Shown: piece by piece, positions 42,075-51,600 of the stretch
How the letters are laid out: each line of letters starts with the position of its first letter
Numbering within the stretch: the stretch's first letter is position 1
Assembly (NCBI GenBank): GCA_964057225.1
Contig: OZ059896.1
Span: 4,526,001 to 4,590,000 of the forward strand
Direction of reading: 5' to 3'
Length of the DNA: 64,000 nt
Source: Auanema rhodensis
Taxonomy: Eukaryota; Animalia; Nematoda
The notes under the pieces: generated by a model
Told to the model about the DNA's origin: nothing
What the model saw: only the letters and a program-made list of their open reading frames with translations
The model's database searches: none
Translations under genes and position numbers: made by a program

Positions 42075-44438
42075 TCGGACGTTTATTGTTCAGTATTACA
42101 GGTTTTAACGTTAAGTATAGTACGAAAAGATATGCATTAGTTCCATACAATATGAACATAAAGATAATAACATAAAAAATTACAAATATCAGTGAAGTAT
42201 AGTTAGAAAAAAGAGTGTTAGGGTTGCAGTTAGCTCATCATACCTATCCGCATATGCATCGTATATGTCAACGTCTCTTTTTTAAGCAGGGGTTTGTTCA
42301 GTTTGAGAAACTGACCTCTCTTTAAAAGCTAACCAGGTGCGGTGGAACTTAGAAATAAGTCAAGCCCGTTCTGGAAGTCAGAGGTAACTAGCACCCGATC
42401 CGTATGGCTAATGCCCATAAGATTCAATGGTGAAGTAACAGTGAAAAAAAGTATGGGAAAAGAGGATAGTTGATCAAATGACACATAGACGAAGATAATA
42501 GAAGAGTTGCAATAACCCAAATAGTACAGAGCAAGTAAAAGAAACAATTGAAATAAACATGTTAATATTAATATTAATCTAAAAGGAAAATACTCAAATG
42601 TTTTCGAAAGCTGCTGATTTTTTCTAGACAAACAATGTTGTTTGGAATTGAGTTCCATGTATTGATGGCTCGATATTCGATGCCTTTTCTGGACTGAGTT
42701 TTCCTTAGATTAGGAAATTCAATAGTCCATGGATGCCGTCTAAGACTATGAGAGTGGTTTCTGAGTGAAAAAAGATTATCTGTAATAGTTGATTTAATTT
42801 GTTTGAAATAAAAAAGCAAATCAAAAATTTGTCTTCTGAAAGCTAGTTCTTCACTCCCTAAGAAAGAGAGTTGATCTTTGTATTTTAAGTTCAAACCAGA
42901 TCGCATGAAAACAGCACGCAAAAATTTTTTTTGTACGTTTTCTAAGCGTGTTTTGCATCTATTATCTTGCGGAGACCAGATAATAGAAGCATATTCAAGT
43001 ATAGGTCTTATATAGCAGCAGAAAAGTTTGAACATCAAGACTGGTGATCTTGAATAAAAGCATCTGAGAATTATGCGGCATTTTCTCGCTGCATCGTTGG
43101 TTATCTTATCTATATGTTTATCAAACATAAGATTGTGTTCGGTTAGAACACCCAGGTCTTTATAGCTTTGAACGTTAGCAAGAATAATGTCACCAAACAT
43201 AAATTTTTGGACTTCAGAATTTTTTTTACTTGGAACCACCATGATTTTTGATTTGGAGGTGTTAACGCTCATACCGTTTTGTTGACACCATACTTTCAAC
43301 TGATTGAGAGCACATTGTAAACTAACCGGACTTTTGCTGTAAATTTTAAGATCATCAGCATAAAGAACAGAATTGACATCGCTGGGAAATTCTGATGTGA
43401 TGTCGTTGATATAAAACAGGAATAGGAGAGGACCGAGAACAGTGCCTTGAGGAACTCCACAAGTAAGTGGTTTAGATGGAGATAGTGCTTTTTTGATAAG
43501 AACAGAAAAGGATCTACCAGAAATAAAACTTGTAAGAAAAGAGTGAAGAGAACCTTTGATACCCATGGAGTTGAGTTTATGTGAGAGGACGGCATGATTT
43601 ATTAAATCGAATGCTTTTGAGAAGTCAATGAAAGCAACAAAAACTGTATCGTTGCAGTCGAGAGAAGATCTCCAACTTACGTGACTGTCTAGGATGGCAG
43701 AAACAGTATTCCTATTAGGAAGAAAGGCATGTTGATAGTTAGGAATGGAGCCAGAAGATATGCCAAATGTAAGAAGAGGAGTGCGAACAAGACGTTCAAA
43801 CACTTTAGAGAGGCTAGAAGTGAGAGAGATTGGTCGATAGTTTTCTGGATTTTTAGTGACACCAGATTTGAAGACAGGGCGGATCCAGGCCACTTTCCAA
43901 TCAGGAGGGCAGGTTGAACTAACAAGAAGGTTGTGAAAGATGAAAGCTAATGGATTAGCTAGAGGAGCAGCACATTGTTTAAGAAAGTAGTACGGAATAC
44001 CGTCTGGAGATGTGGATACCCTAAGTGGAAGATGATAGAGTGTTTTATATACAATTTCAGGTGATATATCAACAAAGTCGATATAGGAGCCGGAACTGGT
44101 AGAAGTAGAGCTATAAGTAGGTTGAGATGTTAAAAAGAGAGGGTTAACAGTAAAAACGTTGGAAAAAACGGAGGCCTTGTCAGCATCCGAAGAAACTGTT
44201 TGTTGATTAATGGTGAGGTTTGGGACGTCCGATGAATTGCCACCTAACCGTTCTCTACAGAAGCGATGGAAAAGTCTGGGATTTCTGGAATTAGCAATGC
44301 GTTCTTCTTCTGATGCATACTTGCGTTTTGTGAGTCTATCGAGAGCAGCACAGAGTTTCTTACGGCGAATTTCGTCAGATGGGTATAGAGAGCAACTAAG
44401 TTTTTTAATTTGGTTGTGAAGTTTTTTGATTTCACGAT
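42075..44438 (-). mobile_element. 5'-truncated non-LTR retrotransposon (LINE), CR1-like (CR1/L2/Jockey group), ~2.36 kb including ~500-bp 3' UTR
   Basis: The only non-tandem sequence in the window. It encodes a non-LTR RT, has AATAAA 7 nt before its 3' end, and lacks the endonuclease domain, ORF1 and LTRs. Confidence 0.93.
42082..42087 (-). promoter_or_regulatory. Putative polyadenylation signal AATAAA at the LINE 3' end
   Basis: TTTATT on the + strand, 7 nt from the LINE/satellite A junction. Confidence 0.55.
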
Positions 44439-44439
44439 C
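42574..44439 (-). pseudogene. LINE ORF2 fragment: pre-RT region, reverse transcriptase and C-terminal domain (~621 aa open frame, N-terminally truncated)
   Basis: Motifs: SPDGIP..LKQCA..LA.PL, WKVAWIRPVFKSG, NYRPISLTS, QHAF, FIDFSKAFD, GVPQGTVLGP, YADD, YKDLGV, and the CR1-type C-terminus IRPILEYASIIWSP..LENVQKKF. Manual translation shows the frame stays open 182 codons upstream of the track's GTG 'start' at 43893, up to the satellite B junction. Confidence 0.93.
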
Positions 44440-45672
44440 AAATCTGATAACACAGATCGACGCAGCTTAAAAATCCGCATCGAATGCACTATATTACATT
44501 GAGGAAAGCTTAATACAAAAATTAGTTATGATCGTTTGAAAAATGATGCATTAGTGTATGTTGAGTTTCCATGTACACTCAACATTGCTTCCAAAAACAT
44601 TTTGACAAAAATTTTTTCGAAAAATTTCAAGATAATTTAGCAAAAAGTAGATGTTTTTAGATTCCTTTTTTCAAGGCAAAAACGATGGACAATGTTATTC
44701 AACGAAAAAATTAATTCTTCAGGGTGAAAATCGAGGATATAAGTGTGAACTTATATCAGATGATATCTAGGTGCATTTTTAAGCTAGCGCAAATCTGATA
44801 ACACAGATCGACGCAGCTTAAAAAACCGCAGCGGATGCACTATATTACATTGAGGAAAGCTTAATACAAAAATTAGTTATGATCGTTTGAAAAATGATGC
44901 ATTAGTGTATGTTGAGTTTCCATGTACACTCAACATTGCTTCCAAAAACATTTTGACAAAATTTTTTCGAAAAATTTCAAAATAATTTAGCAAAAAGTAG
45001 ATGTTTTTAGATTCCTTCTTTCAAGGCAAAAACGATGGACAATGTTATTCAACGAAAAAATTAATTCTTCAGGGTGAAAATCGAGGATATAAGTGTGAAC
45101 TTATATCAGTTAATATCTCGGTGCATTTTCAAGCTAGCGCAAATCTGATAACACAGATCGACGCAGCTTAAAAATCCGCATCGAATGCACTATATTACAT
45201 TGAGGAAAGCTTAATACAAAAATTAGTTATGATCGTTTGAAAAATGATGCATTAGTGTATGTTGAGTTTCCATGTACACTCAACATTGCTTCCAAAAACA
45301 TTTTGACAAAATTTTTTCGAAAAATTTCAAAATAATTTCGCAAAAAGTAGATGTTTTTAGATTCCTTTTTTTGAGGCAAAAACGATGGACAATGTTATTC
45401 AACGAAAAAATTAATTCTTCAGGGTGAAAATCGAGGATATAAGTGTGAACTTATATCAGTTAATATCTCGGTGCATTTTTAAGCTAGCGCAAATCTGATA
45501 ACACAGATCGACGCAGCTTAAAAATCCGCATCGAATGCACTATATTACATTGAAGAAAGCTTAATACAAAAATTAGTTATGATCGTTTGAAAAATTATGC
45601 ATTAGTGTATGTTGAGTTTCCATGTACACTCAACATTGCTTCCAAAAACATTTTGACAAAAATTTTTTCGAA
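44439..45672 (-). repeat. Satellite B, short inverted arm (~3.5 monomers of 350/351 bp)
   Basis: CAAATCTGATAACACAGATCGACG recurs at 44439, 44790, 45140 and 45490. It is the reverse complement of the array to the right. Confidence 0.98.
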
Positions 45673-45694
45673 TTTTTTTTCGAAAATTTTTAAA
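45673..45694. other. 22-bp junction filler at the satellite B inversion point
   Basis: TTTTTTTTCGAAAATTTTTAAA is out of register with both arms but resembles the adjacent TTTTTTCGAAAAATTT motif. Confidence 0.8.
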
Positions 45695-48600
45695 ATGGAA
45701 ACTCAACATACACTAATGCATAATTTTTCAAACGATCATAACTAATTTTTGTATTAAGCTTTCTTCAATGTAATATAGTGCATTCGATGCGGATTTTTAA
45801 GCTGCGTCGATCTGTGTTATCAGATTTGCGCTAGCTTAAAAATGCACCGAGATATTAACTGATATAAGTTCACACTTATATCCTCGATTTTCACCCTGAA
45901 GAATTAATTTTTTCGTTGAATAACATTGTCCATCGTTTTTGCCTCAAAAAAAGGAATCTAAAAACATCTACTTTTTGCGAAATTATTTTGAAATTTTTCG
46001 AAAAAATTTTGTCAAAATGTTTTTGGAAGCAATGTTGAGTGTACATGGAAACTCAACATACACTAATGCATAATTTTTCAAACGATCATAACTAATTTTT
46101 GTATTAAGCTTTCTTCAATGTAATATAGTGCATTCGATGCGGATTTTTAAGCTGCGTCGATCTGTGTTATCAGATTTGCGCTAGCTTAAAAATGCACCGA
46201 GATATTAACTGATATAAGTTCACACTTATATCCTCGATTTTCACCCTGAAGAATTAATTTTTTCGTTGAATAACATTGTCCATCGTTTTTGCCTCAAAAA
46301 AAGGAATCTAAAAACATCTACTTTTTGCGAAATTATTTTGAAATTTTTCGAAAAAATTTTGTCAAAATGTTTTTGGAAGCAATGTTGAGTGTACATGGAA
46401 ACTCAACATACACTAATGCATCATTTTTCAAACAATCATAACTAATTTTTGTATTAAGCTTTCCTCAATGTAATATAGTGCATTCGATGCGGATTTTTAA
46501 GCTGCGTCGATCTGTGTTATCAGATTTGCGCTAGCTTGAAAATGCACCGAGATATCAACTGATATAAGTTCACACTTATATCCTCGATTTTCACCCTGAA
46601 GAATTAATTTTTTCGTTGAATAACATTGTCCATCGTTTTTGCCTTGAAAGAAGGAATCTAAAAACATCTACTTTTTGCTAAATTATTTTGAAATTTTTCG
46701 AAAAAATTTTGTCAAAATGTTTTTGGAAGCAATGTTGAGTGTACATGGAAACTCAACATACACTAATGCATCATTTTTCAAACGATCATAACTAATTTTT
46801 GTATTAAGCTTTCCTCAATGTAATATAGTGCATTCGATGCGGATTTTTAAGCTGCGTCGATCTGTGTTATCAGATTTGCGCTAGCTTGAAAATGCACCGA
46901 GATATCAACTGATATAAGTTCACACTTATATCCTCGATTTTCACCCTGAAGAATTAATTTTTTCGTTGAATAACATTGTCCATCGTTTTTGCCTTGAAAG
47001 AAGGAATCTAAAAACATCTACTTTTTGCTAAATTATTTTGAAATTTTTCGAAAAAATTTTGTCAAAATGTTTTTGGAAGCAATGTTGAGTGTACATGGAA
47101 ACTCAACATACACTAATGCATCATTTTTCAAACGATCATAACTAATTTTTGTATTAAGCTTTCCTCAATGTAATATAGTGCATCCGCTGCGGTTTTTTAA
47201 GCTGCGTCGATCTGTGTTATCAGATTTGCGCTAGCTTAAAAATGCACCTAGATATCATCTGATATAAGTTCACACTTATATCCTCGATTTTCACCCTGAA
47301 GAATTAATTTTTTCGTTGAATAACATTGTCCATCGTTTTTGCCTTGAAAAAAGGAATCTAAAAACATCTACTTTTTGCTAAATTATCTTGAAATTTTTCG
47401 AAAAAATTTTTGTCAAAATGTTTTTGGAAGCAATGTTGAGTGTACATGGAAACTCAACATACACTAATGCATCATTTTTCAAACGATCATAACTAATTTT
47501 TGTATTAAGCTTTCCTCAATGTAATATAGTGCATTCGATGCGGATTTTTAAGCTGCGTCGATCTGTGTTATCAGATTTGCGCTAGCTTAAAAATGCACCT
47601 AGATATCATCTGATATAAGTTCACACTTATATCCTCGATTTTCACCCTGAAGAATTAATTTTTTCGTTGAATAACATTGTCCATCGTTTTTGCCTTGAAA
47701 AAAGGAATCTAAAAACATCTACTTTTTGCTAAATTATTTTGAAATTTTTCGAAAAAATTTTTGTCAAAATGTTTTTGGAAGCAATGTTGAGTGTACATGG
47801 AAACTCAACATACACTAATGCATCATTTTTCAAACGATCATAACTAATTTTTGTATTAAGCTTTCCTCAATGTAATCTAGTGCATTCGATGCGGTTTTTT
47901 AAGCTGCGTCGATCTGTGTTATCAGATTTGCGCTAGCTTAAAAATGCACCTAGATATCATCTGATATAAGTTCACACTTATATCCTCGATTTTCACCCTG
48001 AAGAATTAATTTTTTCGTTGAATAACATTGTCCATCGTTTTTGCCTTGAAAGAAGGAATCTAAAAACAGCTACTCTTTGCTAAATTATTTTGAAATTTTT
48101 CGAAAAAATTTTTGTCAAAATGTTTTTGGAAGCAATGTTGAGTGTACATGGAAACTCAACATACACTAATGCATCATTTTTCAAAAGATCATAACTAATT
48201 TTTGTATTTAGCGTTTCTCAATGTAGTATAGTGCATTCGATGCGGATTTTTAAGCTGCGTCGATCTGTACTATCAGATTTGCGCTAGCTTAAAAATGCAC
48301 CTAGATATCATCTGATATAAGTTCACACTTATATCCTCGATTTTCACCCTGAAGAATTAATTTTTTCGTTGAATAACATTGTCCATCGTTTTTGCCTTGA
48401 AAAAAGGAATCTAAAAACATCTACTTTTTGCTAAATTATTTTGAAATTTTTCGAAAAAATTTTTGTCAAAATGTTTTTGGAAGCAATGTTGAGTGTACAT
48501 GGAAACTCAACATACACTAATGCATAATTTTTCAAACGATCATAACTAATTTTTGTATTGAGCTTTTCTCAATGTAATATAGTGCATTCGATGCGGATTT

Positions 48601-51600
48601 TTAAGCTGCGTCGATCTGTGTTATCAGATTTGCGCTAGCTTAAAAATGCACCGAGATATTAACTGATATAAGTTCACACTTATATCCTCGATTTTCACCC
48701 TGAAGAATTAATTTTTTCGTTGAATAACATTGTCCATCGTTTTTGCCTCAAAAAAAGGAATCTAAAAACATCTACTTTTTGCGAAATTATTTTGAAATTT
48801 TTCGAAAAAATTTTGTCAAAATGTTTTTGGAAGCAATGTTGAGTGTACATGGAAACTCAACATACACTAATGCATCATTTTTCAAACAATCATAACTAAT
48901 TTTTGTATTAAGCTTTCCTCAATGTAATATAGTGCATTCGATGCGGATTTTTAAGCTGCGTCGATCTGTGTTATCAGATTTGCGCTAGCTTGAAAATGCA
49001 CCGAGATATCAACTGATATAAGTTCACACTTATATCCTCGATTTTCACCCTGAAGAATTAATTTTTTCGTTGAATAACATTGTCCATCGTTTTTGCCTTG
49101 AAAGAAGGAATCTAAAAACATCTACTTTTTGCTAAATTATTTTGAAATTTTTCGAAAAAATTTTGTCAAAATGTTTTTGGAAGCAATGTTGAGTGTACAT
49201 GGAAACTCAACATACACTAATGCATCATTTTTCAAAAGATCATAACTAATTTTTGTATTAAGCTTTCCTCAATGTAATATAGTGCATTCGATGCGGATTT
49301 TTAAGCTGCGTCGATCTGTGTTATCAGATTTGCGCTAGCTTAAAAATGCACCTAGATATCATCTGATATAAGTTCACACTTATATCCTCGATTTTCACCC
49401 TGAAGAATTAATTTTTTCGTTGAATAACATTGTCCATCGTTTTTGCCTTGAAAAAAGGAATCTAAAAACATCTACTTTTTGCTAAATTATTTTGAAATTT
49501 TTCGAAAAAATTTTTGTCAAAATGTTTTTGGAAGCAATGTTGAGTGTACATGGAAACTCAACATACACTAATGCATCATTTTTCAAACGATCATAACTAA
49601 TTTTTGTATTAAGCTTTTCTCAATGTAATATAGTGCATTCGATGCGGATTTTTAAGCTGCGTCGATCTGTGTTATCAGATTTGCGCTAGCTTAAAAATGC
49701 ACCGAGATATTAACTGATATAAGTTCACACTTATATCCTCGATTTTCACCCTGAAGAATTAATTTTTTCGTTGAATAACATTGTCCATCGTTTTTGCCTC
49801 TAAAAAAGGAATCTAAAAACATCTACTTTTTGCGAAATTATTTTGAAATTTTTCGAAAAAATTTTGTCAAAATGTTTTTGGAAGCAATGTTGAGTGTACA
49901 TGGAAACTCAACATACACTAATGCATCATTTTTCAAACGATCATAACTAATTTTTGTATTAAGCTTTCCTCAATGTAATATAGTGCATTCGATGCGGTTT
50001 TTTAAGCTGCGTCGATCTGTGTTATCAGATTTGCGCTAGCTTAAAAATGCACCGAGATATTAACTGATATAAGTTCACACTTATATCCTCGATTTTCACC
50101 CTGAAGAATTAATTTTTTCGTTGAATAACATTGTCCATCGTTTTTGCCTTGAGAGAAGGAATCTAAAAACATCTACTTTTTGCTAAATTATTTTGAAATT
50201 TTTCGAAAAAATTTTTGTCAAAATGTTTTTGGAAGCAATGTTGAGTGTACATGGAAACTCAACATACACTAATGCATCATTTTTCAAAAGATCATAACTA
50301 ATTTTTGTATTAAGCGTTTCTCAATGTAGTATAGTGCATTCGATGCGGATTTTTAAGCTGCGTCGATCTAGGTTATCAGATTTGCGCTAGCTTAAAAATG
50401 CACCGAGATATTAACTGATATAAGTTCACACTTATATCCTCGATTTTCACCCTGAAGAATTAATTTTTTCGTTGAATAACATTGTCCATCGTTTTTGCCT
50501 CAAAAAAAGGAATCTAAAAACATCTACTTTTTGCGAAATTATTTTGAAATTTTTCGAAAAAATTTTGTCAAAATGTTTTTGGAAGCAATGTTGAGTGTAC
50601 ATGGAAACTCAACATACACTAATGCATAATTTTTCAAACGATCATAACTAATTTTTGTATTAAGCTTTCTTCAATGTAATATAGTGCATTCGATGCGGAT
50701 TTTTAAGCTGCGTCGATCTGTGTTATCAGATTTGCGCTAGCTTAAAAATGCACCGAGATATTAACTGATATAAGTTCACACTTATATCCTCGATTTTCAC
50801 CCTGAAGAATTAATTTTTTCGTTGAATAACATTGTCCATCGTTTTTGCCTCAAAAAAAGGAATCTAAAAACATCTACTTTTTGCGAAATTATTTTGAAAT
50901 TTTTCGAAAAAATTTTGTCAAAATGTTTTTGGAAGCAATGTTGAGTGTACATGGAAACTCAACATACACTAATGCATCATTTTTCAAACAATCATAACTA
51001 ATTTTTGTATTAAGCTTTCCTCAATGTAATATAGTGCATTCGATGCGGATTTTTAAGCTGCGTCGATCTGTGTTATCAGATTTGCGCTAGCTTAAAAATG
51101 CACCGAGATATTAACTGATATAAGTTCACACTTATATCCTCGATTTTCACCCTGAAGAATTAATTTTTTCGTTGAATAACATTGTCCATCGTTTTTGCCT
51201 CAAAAAAAGGAATCTAAAAACATCTACTTTTTGCGAAATTATCTTGAAATTTTTCGAAAAAATTTTTGTCAAAATGTTTTTGGAAGCAATGTTGAGTGTA
51301 CATGGAAACTCAACATACACTAATGCATCATTTTTCAAACGATCATAACTAATTTTTGTATTAAGCTTTCCTCAATGTAATATAGTGCATTCGATGCGGA
51401 TTTTTAAGCTGCGTCGATCTGTGTTATCAGATTTGCGCTAGCTTAAAAATGCACCTAGATATCATCTGATATAAGTTCACACTTATATCCTCGATTTTCA
51501 CCCTGAAGAATTAATTTTTTCGTTGAATAACATTGTCCATCGTTTTTGCCTTGAAAAAAGGAATCTAAAAACATCTACTTTTTGCTAAATTATTTTGAAA

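Noticed and set aside
43296-44489. Small ORFs 43296-43595, 43689-43925, 43729-43917, 44210-44419 and 44244-44489
   Set aside because: Alternate-frame or antisense shadows of the RT frame; the last is a satellite/LINE chimera in the wrong frame.
36683-45694. One simple 9-kb inversion
   Set aside because: Re-inverting gives an interleaved A-B-LINE-A-B order and does not explain why each inverted arm mirrors its current neighbour.
45695-46045. Satellite B as a diverged dimer of satellite A
   Set aside because: No alignable similarity between the halves of B, or between B and A, beyond one short motif by eye; a formal alignment was not run.
51147-51338. 63-aa ORF in satellite B
   Set aside because: It is open only through a particular mix of the 351-bp length variant and a stop-removing substitution; no coding signature.
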